In this document: positions 18,365 through 28,042 of the stretch, piece by piece
How positions within the stretch are numbered: the first letter of the stretch is position 1
Layout: each line of letters opens with the position of its first letter
Origin: Magnetococcales bacterium
GTDB lineage: Bacteria > Pseudomonadota > Magnetococcia > Magnetococcales > JADFWU01
NCBI GenBank assembly: GCA_015234045.1
Contig: JADFWU010000004.1
Coordinates: 43,045-107,044 of the forward strand
Length of the DNA: 64,000 bases
Reading direction: 5' to 3'
Notes under the pieces: generated by a model
What the model saw: the letters and a program-made list of their open reading frames with translations, nothing else
Told to the model about the DNA's origin: nothing
The model's database searches: none
Program-made: the position numbers and the translations under genes

Positions 18365-21300
18365 TCACTCCACTTGAATACCCCAGTACATCCCTTTATC
18401 TAAAAAATGCACTTCAAGACGCTTCCTGTCATTGCCAAAAGAGACCATCATGGACCAATCTTCAATCACAAAATGGTGCTTATCCACCTTATTTACCACA
18501 TGATCCAGTGAATCAACCCGCTTTTCCCGCCACTTCACACGCGCCAAACCGCCATTTTCACGCTCCTCTATGAGAAGATGTTTCAAACGCGCGCGCCATG
18601 AAAAAGTATACCCCTCCATGTAGCGGCTAAAATCACGTGAAACAACGGAAGACGATCTCCATTGCTGTGCGGTTTCTGATTCTGTACTTAACGCCTGGTC
18701 ACTTTGAGTGATATCGTCTGAATCCGCTGGTTCTGGTGTTATCTCTGGTTCTGGTGTTACCTCTGGTTCTTTAATTTCTTCTCGTTTTTGCACACTATTT
18801 TCATGATCAACCGTTCCACTATCCGCTATTGGTGCTTTTTCTATCTGTTTGATCGTTGCCTGATTATGTTCTGTATCACGCCCATTAATAGCAGAGCTTG
18901 CCTTATTGTTTGGTTGATCTGTAATTTCCCTCTTTTTCAGTGCATCACTATCTGGCCGTTCGATCCCTTGTGATACAACATCGTCAAGACTATTTAATCC
19001 GGAAATACCGCTGGCTCCCGCCAGTGCCAAAGAAGAAGACGCTGGCCCTATTACGTCTGTCTCTTTACCGGACTTTGGAACCAGATTGAGAATGTTAAAA
19101 TCATTGGATCTCATGGATGCAACCATCTGATCCTTTGTTGATTTTAACACATCATTATTCTGCTTTTTCTGTACAGCGTCCTGATCATGTACAGTTTGTG
19201 TGATTGATGGCAACGTGAAGCCTTTGAAACAGAGCGACAGATCATCCAAGGTCAGTTTTGGCAACTCGGGATAGTCTGGAATAATATCCAGCGATTTAAT
19301 TTTCAGCTGCTTCTTTTTCTCCTCCAGCCGTCTAATCGAATCAACAACCGGACGTTCACGCTCTTCATCATGGCGAATTTGGCGATCTTTTACCCGTAAC
19401 CAACGAAGAGCCAACGCTTTTTGATCCGCTGGATTGAGTGTATCGTCCTCAATAAACGACTCACACAATTGCAAGGCATCACTAAACCGACCGGCCCGCT
19501 CAACAGCGGCTACCATTTCCAAAGCAGAGACACAATTCGGTAGTTTCCTGACCCCTTGTTTCCAGCGCTTATTAAGATAGGCACGCACACTTTTTTGGTC
19601 ATCCATGCGCGCACTGACCAAACTATCCGAACGAGCCAATATTTTTATCAAGACAACCCCAACCCCTTTTCTTACCGCTTTTAGGAGTTGCTCTAGCGGC
19701 CTTTTAATTTTACGTCTCTTCGGCCCAATCATTTTGGCTGGTTCGCCACGAGCTAAAACAAAGGCCCTGTCAAATTGACCAGCCGTGACTATCAATTGGA
19801 TTGCAACAGCCCAATAGAGGGGTTGAAGCGACTGCGGAAGCTTTGGAAGAATTTTCTTGAGTGATGCTAAAGTATTGGGATTATTTCTCTGAAAAACCAC
19901 TTCAAGTGAAGATTGTAACTCATTATTTTCACAAAGACTTACAACAACTTGGTCAATAATTGAACGGGTCAAACCAGCATGATCAGGCTGTTCAAGTACC
20001 TGTAGAGTGATCTCTTCATGGCAATTTAGGCGTTGCAAATAGAAAAGATTCTCAGGAAACGGTGCAACCTTTGCCTTGGCAAAATCATAGAAACGATTGC
20101 TACCGCTTAGATTTTCATGCTCAAAAATCCGAATGGATTCACGGTAATCTCCAGCAAGACAACTCACTCTGCCCAAATCCATTGCTGAAATCGTAATCCC
20201 AGTGTTGGCGATCTTCGACAACGTACTTTGAAGTGATGTCCATTCTGCTGTTTTTACGCCCTCTTCAGCCGGGTTCTGATGGCTGATATCGAGTTTTGAT
20301 AGCAAACGATTAACCAACCGATTGGCATTCTCTTCATGAATACGCATATCGGTAAGTTTGAGTTTTTCCACCCAAGATTCGGATTTTTTCGAAATTTCAC
20401 TCAACAAGGCAACAGCACTGAGCGGATCACCAGCCTGCTGTATCTCAACCTGTTTAAGGATTCGATTGATGACATGTTTTGCAACCATTTTACTGGAGTC
20501 ACTCAACCAATCCACACGATGCCATCCCTCTTTTCCTGCCAGCCATAAAACGGGCAATGCATGAGAATAGTCTTCGATTTTTACAAACCGATTTCCCGAT
20601 TCTAAATATTTTCCCTCAAACAACTCCGCCCATGCCAACACAGAATCAGCTTGATTTGAATCACCCATATTCCGATATAGCGCCGCCGCCTGACGCAGTT
20701 GATACGGATCACGCCGGGTCATACCGTCCATTTTTCTTTCGTCAGCCTGATCCCTGTAATTCTCCTCACGACATTGTGATATATCGCTCTCTTCTGAACC
20801 TTCCACCAAAGAGGTAATACATTTGCGCCATGCAATCATAGCCTCATTAGCATTGTCACTATAAAGACCTGGAATAGTATTGGGCTGTTGAAAGGGCAAC
20901 CAGAAATCCATCCCCTCTTCAGGCTCAATGATCATCAAGCGCTTTTTGGCGCGTGTCAGCGCCACATAGAGACGATTAATAAAATATTCCGCTTCCAGTG
21001 CTGCCCCTTCCCGACTGGGAAACGGTTCCAATCCATCAGAAATTTTTCGTTTTAACACCTCTGGTGCATTGGCTCCAAACCCATACAACGCCACCCGGTT
21101 GAACTCCAACCCTTTGGCCCGTACTGCGCTATATAGATTAACCGGAACGCCTTCTATCACATCAATAACCGATGCCAACCATCGATCAGTATCTCGAAAA
21201 TGTTTCTCTTCGTTATATCCACAAGGTGCGAGAAAAACGATATCTTTTTCTTGACGAAGACGCGCAACCAACCCGCTGTCACCCGCATGAAACAGCAACG

Positions 21301-23380
21301 GAGACGGGCTATTCTCCTCTACACTCCACGGTGTTTGAGATTTAATATTTTTTATGTTGAACAAGACACTTCGGATCAACTGAAGCAGATTGGACAGACG
21401 GACAATATTCGGTTCGGATCGATAGTTGTAAGAGAGTTCTTCATAATTAATGTCCCGCTTTCCTGCACCATCTCCACTGTAAGGCAGAATGATTTTCTCG
21501 GTAAAAATCGCCTTAATTGCTTCCCATCGAAACCCTGTTGGATTCAGAGTCTGAAACTCATCACCTGCGAAAACAAACGGTACCGCGCCAATCTCATCAT
21601 AATGAACGGTTCTATGTGAAAAGAGCGAAAGCCGGAAAATCAGTTCCAATTCATTTCGAGTAAAATCCTGCGCTTCATCGCAAAATATAGCTGATAACAG
21701 TGGCTTCTCTTCATTATCCAAATCGTCTATATGGTCAATAACTGCCCGGACCAAGTCTTGATCATCCCAAAGACGGCCATCCAACCCTTCACGCCGATAC
21801 CAATTCATCCAGATCTTTTGATAAATCCGATCAAATTGTTCAAAACAGATAATTTTTTCTGCTTTAGGCAGCCCTTGATACTCAATTGGCGTAATGTCAC
21901 TGTCATCTTCAAGATTGGCTCCTTTGATCACCGAGCGAATCACATGCCAGGACTCTTCTGGCGTAAGTCCTATAGAGGATTGATCGAATGAAAATTTTTC
22001 ATTCCAAAGTTTTCTGAACCGAACCCAATCAACATAGTTATTTGGACTAAATTGCCGTTGAATAGCAGTCGGCAAAAGGGATTTAAGATAGTCGTAGAAT
22101 TTTTTGAAAGACCCGTCAATCAGTCGTATCTCTTCCCGAGTGAGAGATTTTTTATCCCGAGCCATGAGTAGATCTGAACGTTTTTCAATCAGATTACTGA
22201 CAGTATTCTTTGCCACATCCAACAGGTTGGAACTACAGGTAAAATAGACCGGTGCCGGAACGGATTTCAGAATCTCTCGGTTTTGCAGATAGTGAATCAA
22301 ATAATCAATGAACATGTATTGCAGAATAGTGGACTTGCCACTACCGGCCCGACCATTGATAAATAATGGAAAAGCCCGTTTACGACCACGTGACTCGCCC
22401 ACACTGCGTAACAGGTCAGACTCTTCTGGAGAAAGGGCTAGATTACTTTCCCGATCATTCTGAATAGCCAACCAATAGCTTCTGTCCGTTAACAATATGG
22501 CTGGATATGACCGACGCGCATTTTTTGAAATTGTCTCATGATCAATAGGTTGATCACCAAGGAGAGGCTGATATCTTTTAGTCAGCTTCTCTTTCTCAAT
22601 ATCGCTATCAACCTCAATTACACCCGCTAAAAACAGATTGGCTTCTGATTTCTGATAGCGATACAAAATCATCAGATTGGTATCAGCAATAGAGTACCAA
22701 CCAGACTCAGCTTGCGTAGCATCATCAACTAAAGACATAATAGCATCAGGAATAAATGCTAAATGCGTATGAATAACCTCTTGTTGTACATGTTCGATCC
22801 AATCCACACTTTCAAATACTGTATCACCATCCCAATTGGTATCTGAATGAGCAATGTTAAAAAGATACTCACTTTCCGCTTCACTGGGCCTCGGCAGCGC
22901 GTCTACTGGCTGATCGGAAATACGCTGGAGAATCTCATCTTCCATTTGCGCTTGAAAATTGTGAAAAAAATTCTCCAGCAATTCATCTCTAGCGCCAGAG
23001 TTTAACCGACAGAACAGTTCATACTCATTGTCACCACGAATCATTATCCTAAGCAAAATCAATACTTCTTGATTATGAACCGTGGTCAATTGACCAATAA
23101 GTCTCAACTGCCTGGTTTTGGCAAATTTCTTCTTAACCCAGAAACTCCCGGCAAATGGTGTCATACCATAAATGCGCTGCACCGCTTCAACACGCTCCTT
23201 GATCTCGAAAAGCGCACTTTCACAGTTATGCCTTTTTGCATCCGATTTACAATCAGGCGAAATACTCACATAGAGTGTCAAGGTAGAATCTCCTGAATTA
23301 TCAAATTGATTGTCAACGGAGGATGGGCGTATTACACACTCCGAGATTGATATTTTCCAATCACAAATAATGGATACCAT
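18365..23380 (-). CDS. giant (1671 aa) UvrD-like superfamily-1 helicase/ATPase with an unknown N-terminal domain and a long C-terminal helical-repeat and low-complexity extension
   Basis: The SF1 motifs appear in order: Q-like LALSPEES; motif I INGRAGSGKST (about aa 341-351); motif II AIFCDEAQDF (about aa 564-573); motif III FVFAGDEFQTL; motif IV YNYRSEPNIV; motif V SAVRAKGLEFNRVALYG; motif VI RLYVALTRAKKRLMII (about aa 803-818). About 310 aa of unrecognised sequence lie N-terminal to the core. C-terminal to it are about 550 aa of TPR-like helices, an acidic S/E/P-rich stretch and a final domain of about 100 aa. Confidence 0.85.
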   Translation of the reverse strand: MVSIICDWKISISECVIRPSSVDNQFDNSGDSTLTLYVSISPDCKSDAKRHNCESALFEIKERVEAVQRIYGMTPFAGSFWVKKKFAKTRQLRLIGQLTTVHNQEVLILLRIMIRGDNEYELFCRLNSGARDELLENFFHNFQAQMEDEILQRISDQPVDALPRPSEAESEYLFNIAHSDTNWDGDTVFESVDWIEHVQQEVIHTHLAFIPDAIMSLVDDATQAESGWYSIADTNLMILYRYQKSEANLFLAGVIEVDSDIEKEKLTKRYQPLLGDQPIDHETISKNARRSYPAILLTDRSYWLAIQNDRESNLALSPEESDLLRSVGESRGRKRAFPLFINGRAGSGKSTILQYMFIDYLIHYLQNREILKSVPAPVYFTCSSNLLDVAKNTVSNLIEKRSDLLMARDKKSLTREEIRLIDGSFKKFYDYLKSLLPTAIQRQFSPNNYVDWVRFRKLWNEKFSFDQSSIGLTPEESWHVIRSVIKGANLEDDSDITPIEYQGLPKAEKIICFEQFDRIYQKIWMNWYRREGLDGRLWDDQDLVRAVIDHIDDLDNEEKPLLSAIFCDEAQDFTRNELELIFRLSLFSHRTVHYDEIGAVPFVFAGDEFQTLNPTGFRWEAIKAIFTEKIILPYSGDGAGKRDINYEELSYNYRSEPNIVRLSNLLQLIRSVLFNIKNIKSQTPWSVEENSPSPLLFHAGDSGLVARLRQEKDIVFLAPCGYNEEKHFRDTDRWLASVIDVIEGVPVNLYSAVRAKGLEFNRVALYGFGANAPEVLKRKISDGLEPFPSREGAALEAEYFINRLYVALTRAKKRLMIIEPEEGMDFWLPFQQPNTIPGLYSDNANEAMIAWRKCITSLVEGSEESDISQCREENYRDQADERKMDGMTRRDPYQLRQAAALYRNMGDSNQADSVLAWAELFEGKYLESGNRFVKIEDYSHALPVLWLAGKEGWHRVDWLSDSSKMVAKHVINRILKQVEIQQAGDPLSAVALLSEISKKSESWVEKLKLTDMRIHEENANRLVNRLLSKLDISHQNPAEEGVKTAEWTSLQSTLSKIANTGITISAMDLGRVSCLAGDYRESIRIFEHENLSGSNRFYDFAKAKVAPFPENLFYLQRLNCHEEITLQVLEQPDHAGLTRSIIDQVVVSLCENNELQSSLEVVFQRNNPNTLASLKKILPKLPQSLQPLYWAVAIQLIVTAGQFDRAFVLARGEPAKMIGPKRRKIKRPLEQLLKAVRKGVGVVLIKILARSDSLVSARMDDQKSVRAYLNKRWKQGVRKLPNCVSALEMVAAVERAGRFSDALQLCESFIEDDTLNPADQKALALRWLRVKDRQIRHDEERERPVVDSIRRLEEKKKQLKIKSLDIIPDYPELPKLTLDDLSLCFKGFTLPSITQTVHDQDAVQKKQNNDVLKSTKDQMVASMRSNDFNILNLVPKSGKETDVIGPASSSLALAGASGISGLNSLDDVVSQGIERPDSDALKKREITDQPNNKASSAINGRDTEHNQATIKQIEKAPIADSGTVDHENSVQKREEIKEPEVTPEPEITPEPADSDDITQSDQALSTESETAQQWRSSSVVSRDFSRYMEGYTFSWRARLKHLLIEERENGGLARVKWREKRVDSLDHVVNKVDKHHFVIEDWSMMVSFGNDRKRLEVHFLDKGMYWGIQVE

Positions 23381-23748
23381 TATAGTGTATATAGTTAGGC
23401 GTTACGCAGTTGCCGGTTGAGACAGGCATCAAAGCGTGTATAGTAATTTCGATCCGAAATTAGACAATGAATCACAACCTGAGTGGAAACCCTGGTGATG
23501 TTTTTGCGCCGCTTTTGATATGCGAAGCAGATCATCAGAGCAAAAATATCACCAGGGCTGGAACGGCTGACTGTTCAAATTTTAGACGAAATCACTGTAC
23601 CATCATTCAACTGCTCAACTTCTAATATTATAAGCTTAAATTATTAATATGCTATCACAAACAATATTTAACAGTATAGAATTTATGCTAGACAAGTTAA
23701 TTGATCAAATACGGCCCATCACAGGCAACATACAGGAAAAACAGACAA

Positions 23749-24999
23749 CTAGATAAGAATACCAACGACAGCACCGGTCAAACAGGTGGCTAATGTGCCC
23801 GAAACAATTGTCCGCATGCCCAACCCAACAATCTCTTCACGGCGACTGGGTGCCATGGCTGTCAAACCGCCCACCATAATGCCTAAACTGCCAAAGTTGG
23901 CAAAGCCACACAAAGCATAGGTCATGATCAGGCGACTTCTTTCGGATAAGTCATCCGTTGAGAGTTTAGTTAGGTCAAGATAAGCGAGAAACTCATTCAG
24001 AACGGTTTTTGTACCCAACAATGCGCCTGCCGTGGCTGCTTCAGCCCAGGGAACACCCATCAACCAAGCGACTGGAGCCATAACCCAACCGAAAACACGT
24101 TGCAAAGTGATCAACTCACCATCAATCGCAGGCAATACGCCCAGAAAGGTATTCACCAAAGCCACCAAAGCCACTAGCACAATCAACATGGCAATGATAT
24201 TGATCAATAGAGTAATACCATCTGTCGTACCATGTACAATCGCCTCCATGGTGGATCGATTCTCTGACGACATCATGGTCACTTTGCGTTGTGAACTACC
24301 ACTATTATCCGGCACCATAATCAACGCCACCATCAACGCAGCTGGCGCACTGATAATTGATGCTGCCAAAATATGGCCCATGGCATCCGGTATGACACTG
24401 CCCAATATGGCCGCATACAACACCATCATCGTGCCGGCAATCGTCGCCATACCGCCGGTCATCAAGGCGAACAGCTCCGAACGTGTCATTTTATCTAAAA
24501 AAGGACGCACCAGAACCGGTGCTTCTACCATGCCCATAAAGATATTCGCAGCACTGCCCAACCCTAGCGCACCACTGATACCCAGGCTTTTTTGTAACAA
24601 CCAGGACAATCCTTGAACAATCATCGGAAGAATACGCCAGTAGTAGAGCACCGCAGAGAGCGCACTCATGACCAATACAAGAGGCAAGGCCTGAAAGGCA
24701 AGAATAAAGCTGGAGCCTGGTCTATCTTCTACAAAGGGCAAACCACCACCACCCAGATATCCAAAAACAAACGAAGTACCGGTCTTAGTGGCTTCTTGAA
24801 GGGCGATAACACCCTGATTAAGAATAAGAAAAAATTCCTGAATCAGAGGAATTTTGAGAAAAACAACAGCCAAACTAATCTGTAACACCATGCCAACAAC
24901 AACGACTTTCCAGCGCACACGCGACCGATTTTCACTCATCAGCCATGCCAACCCCGTTAACACAAAGAATCCGGCTAGGCTTTGCAACACAGTAAACAC
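23749..24999 (-). CDS. nupC: NupC/NupG-family concentrative nucleoside transporter
   Basis: 416 aa polytopic membrane protein. The N-terminus LQSLAGFFVLTGLAWLMSENRSRVRWKVV and the C-terminal GFANFGSLGI block are typical of the CNT family. Confidence 0.88.
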   Translation of the reverse strand: MFTVLQSLAGFFVLTGLAWLMSENRSRVRWKVVVVGMVLQISLAVVFLKIPLIQEFFLILNQGVIALQEATKTGTSFVFGYLGGGGLPFVEDRPGSSFILAFQALPLVLVMSALSAVLYYWRILPMIVQGLSWLLQKSLGISGALGLGSAANIFMGMVEAPVLVRPFLDKMTRSELFALMTGGMATIAGTMMVLYAAILGSVIPDAMGHILAASIISAPAALMVALIMVPDNSGSSQRKVTMMSSENRSTMEAIVHGTTDGITLLINIIAMLIVLVALVALVNTFLGVLPAIDGELITLQRVFGWVMAPVAWLMGVPWAEAATAGALLGTKTVLNEFLAYLDLTKLSTDDLSERSRLIMTYALCGFANFGSLGIMVGGLTAMAPSRREEIVGLGMRTIVSGTLATCLTGAVVGILI

Positions 25000-25005
25000 C
25001 TCATT

Positions 25006-26505
25006 TTATCGCGCTGAAAAAAAACTCTGTAACGAATTGATCAACTGTGCGTTCGTGTTGGCCAGTACGTCATTCATCTGACCAAGACCGCCCATGGCGT
25101 TAGACACATTATTGCGCACCTGACCCAGACGTATCTGCTCATTGGCCAGCATGATTTGATTAGGATTTTGCTCGGTCAAGGATTTGGAGCGTGCAGAAAG
25201 CGCATCCATTCGTGCAGTAATACTGCCGGTACGCCCCGTTAATTCCGTAACCAAAGCATCCAGCTGATAGGCAACACCCTTGGTGCCGGTTTCTGAATTC
25301 CCTGCCACGACTTCGGATACCGCAGTAAAGTTCTGTTCAATGGCCTGCTGGAATTTATCCTCATCAATTTCCAGCTTACCGCCTGCACCAGTCTGTACAC
25401 CCAATTCCGCCAATGTATTAATACTGGTGGTCGTATCGTCCACTTCTGAATTGACCACATCACGCAACTGACTGGTGAGATTTCTAGCCAGTTCATCACC
25501 GCTCAAACCACTACGGCGCTCTTCAGACAGTGTATTCACAACACCGTTGAATGCATCGACCAGAGAGTGCAACGCCTCTTTGAGTGCTTCGCTATCCTGT
25601 GCAACCGTCAGAGTAGTATCGTTTTCAGTAATGGAATTAAGCTTGACCGTGACACCAGAAACCAGATTGTCAACCGTATTACTACTGGAGTAGGAGGTTA
25701 TACCATCCAGGCTGTAACTTGCATCCTGACCGGCCTGACTGCTGAAAAAATCATCCTGAGTGACAGTAGATCCGCCATATTCCAACCCAGCATCGACACC
25801 GCTACTGGTCTCAGTTATACGAATATTGTCAATACGTGATTGGCTGGTTGAACCATCATCAGCACGGGTGTAAGCACCGGAATCCCGCGCTGAAATTATC
25901 AAGCGAGCCGCACCATCCTGATTAATAAGGCTTGCACTGACACCCGCTTCATCACCAAAATCCAACTTATTAATTTTTGAAGCCACATCGGAAAGGGTCT
26001 CACCCGCTTTCAGATCAACGGCATAGTCCTGACCATTATAGGCAAAAGTGAGTGTGCGATCCGACAACAAACCGGAATACGCATCCACACCACTGCCTTG
26101 ATCCGAACTGTCCGACTGGTCCCGCCCGACACCAAAAGTCACCGTGGAATTATTAGCAAGACGATCCACAGAAAGCGCATAAGTACCCGCTTCTGCACTA
26201 CTTGAAGCGGTTGCAAAAAACAGAGACTCATCAGCACTTTCCGCTGACATAGGAGAGAACTGCTCTGAATTTTGAGCATTTTTTGCGGTATTGCGTAGCG
26301 TATGAAGTCGCCCTTCCACACGGGCAAAGCCTTCCCGTTTGGCCACATAGGGATTGCTGGATACTTTCTCAACTGAAGAGAGACCAGTATAGCTCTGTTG
26401 CAAGCTTTTCAGCTGCGAAATCAGAGAGGTGGCATCAATACCACGACTACTACTGGTTCTGTTGGTTCCGGTCAACAGACGAATCAGGTCAAAGTTACCA
26501 AGCAT
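25006..26505 (-). CDS. fliD: flagellar filament capping protein (hook-associated protein 2)
   Basis: 499 aa. It has an N-terminal GIDATSLISQL heptad region, a Ser/Thr/Asp/Gly-rich central head, and a C-terminal LAELGVQTGAGGKLEIDEDKFQQAIEQNFTAV plus a terminal coiled coil. These match the FliD N- and C-terminal domains. Confidence 0.8.
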   Translation of the reverse strand: MLGNFDLIRLLTGTNRTSSSRGIDATSLISQLKSLQQSYTGLSSVEKVSSNPYVAKREGFARVEGRLHTLRNTAKNAQNSEQFSPMSAESADESLFFATASSSAEAGTYALSVDRLANNSTVTFGVGRDQSDSSDQGSGVDAYSGLLSDRTLTFAYNGQDYAVDLKAGETLSDVASKINKLDFGDEAGVSASLINQDGAARLIISARDSGAYTRADDGSTSQSRIDNIRITETSSGVDAGLEYGGSTVTQDDFFSSQAGQDASYSLDGITSYSSSNTVDNLVSGVTVKLNSITENDTTLTVAQDSEALKEALHSLVDAFNGVVNTLSEERRSGLSGDELARNLTSQLRDVVNSEVDDTTTSINTLAELGVQTGAGGKLEIDEDKFQQAIEQNFTAVSEVVAGNSETGTKGVAYQLDALVTELTGRTGSITARMDALSARSKSLTEQNPNQIMLANEQIRLGQVRNNVSNAMGGLGQMNDVLANTNAQLINSLQSFFSAR

Positions 26506-26713
26506 CGTCTTTCCTCACACAGATCAATATTGGTTATGCGGATGGATTCTTACGACCCATTACGCCCTCATTATATATTGATTGTCGGATGAAAAGCTTG
26601 GTTCCATGACCGAATTATGTAAAATTCTGGAATTTTATCGTAAGATAAGATGTAACGTAGCACACAGATCAGGAGATCTACCCGATATGAAACGGTAACA
26701 GCATTATCATTTA

Positions 26714-27409
26714 TCAGTACATCCACCGACGTGCTGCCGCGATAGCTTTGGTACGGTTAGTCACTTTGAAAGCTCTGAGAATCGCCGTCACATGGGCCTT
26801 TACCGTACCTTCTGCACAGCCCATTTTCTTGGCGATCTCCTTATTTGAGCAGCCTTCTTTCATCAGCACGAGTGTCTCTTTCTGCCGTTTGGTCAAGCGA
26901 GGCGGCTCACTTAGTGCCTCCTCTTCACTCAGATCTTGAGCACCAAGATTTTTCTCTATCGCATCATCATGCCTTGATAGTGACGAATCCACACTCTCCA
27001 TACTGGGAGGTTCAGCCAATAACAACGATGGCAGGTATGTTTCCCCAGACAGAATCAACTGAACCGCATTAACAAACACCTGTGGAGCCAGTTGCTTAGG
27101 GATAAATCCATCGGCACCAGCCGCTAAAGCAGAGCGGATGGTGTCATGATCGTGAAAACCCGAGATGATGGCAACAGGCATATGGGGCACCTGTCTCTTT
27201 ATTTTACGAAGACCTGAAAACGCGCCCATGCCGGGCATGTCATAATCCATAAGGATGAGATCATAGTCATCTCCCTGCTTAAGAAGTTGTATGATACCAT
27301 CGACATCAGAGGATTCCATCACCTCAGCATTTTTACCAGTATCCGCTAAAAGTCTTTTAAACCCTTCGCGCAATACCGGATGATCATCAGCTATGATAAA
27401 TCTCAACAT
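26714..27409 (-). CDS. response regulator, NarL/FixJ (LuxR-type HTH) family
   Basis: REC domain (IIADDHPVLREG, LILMDYDMPGM, IPK) plus a C-terminal LuxR HTH (LTKRQKETLVLMKEGCSNKEIAKKMGCAEGTVKAHVTAIL). The start is taken at MLRFIIADD rather than the longer track ORF (27454). The inter-domain linker is unusually long and acidic. Confidence 0.9.
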   Translation of the reverse strand: MLRFIIADDHPVLREGFKRLLADTGKNAEVMESSDVDGIIQLLKQGDDYDLILMDYDMPGMGAFSGLRKIKRQVPHMPVAIISGFHDHDTIRSALAAGADGFIPKQLAPQVFVNAVQLILSGETYLPSLLLAEPPSMESVDSSLSRHDDAIEKNLGAQDLSEEEALSEPPRLTKRQKETLVLMKEGCSNKEIAKKMGCAEGTVKAHVTAILRAFKVTNRTKAIAAARRWMY

Positions 27410-28042
27410 CAGCAGCCTACTCTCTGAAGGCTCCATGAAACCGAATAACAACAAACAATTATGATAGAAACAAAAGGTATCACACCCCCATCCCGGAAGA
27501 AAGGCATGACAAATAAAAAATATAATAAATCAATACGATCATTCAAAAAATCATGACAATATAAAATAGTCGTAAAAACATTAACATTGCGATACTAAAG
27601 TAGTACACATAGAGTCCAAGTGTGGCACATTAAACCACCATACCCTCTTTATATCTATGACTTCAGTCTTATAGAAATTCTAATATTCTTCTGTTAGTAT
27701 TTTGGTAATTTCTAAGCCATACACGCCCCCGCCAACTTATGGCTTGGAAAGAGCAGCCGAAGCCTGTTCCCCTCATTGTCGATGCATACCATCTGACACA
27801 TGCAAACAGGCTTCGGCTTCATCTCCTTTCCCCGCCGAATATCATGTTTTCAATTTTTATGCGCGTTTTTCCCTCAAGCAAAGCAATCAATTAACCGAAG
27901 AGAACACATGAGCTACCGTGAACTACAGCATTCGATACGCTGTCTTAGTTAATAAGTACATGTGGACATATAAACGCAATTGATATCCAATGCGTTGTTT
28001 TGTTAGAATTAGGAAGATGTCCCTTAATAAGAGGTGACCATT

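Noticed and set aside
16833-23380. The possibility that the GGDEF gene and the giant helicase gene form one nucleotide-signalling operon, CBASS-like.
   Set aside because: A strong intrinsic terminator (18312-18352) and about 350 bp of non-coding DNA separate them. The GGDEF protein has core-like composition and a conventional sensor-cyclase layout. No effector with a cyclic-nucleotide-binding domain is evident.
27702-27911. A 69-aa ORF in the long intergenic region.
   Set aside because: It has no RBS and overlaps the two stem-loops described in the findings. The GC-rich block is better explained as RNA or DNA structure than as coding sequence.
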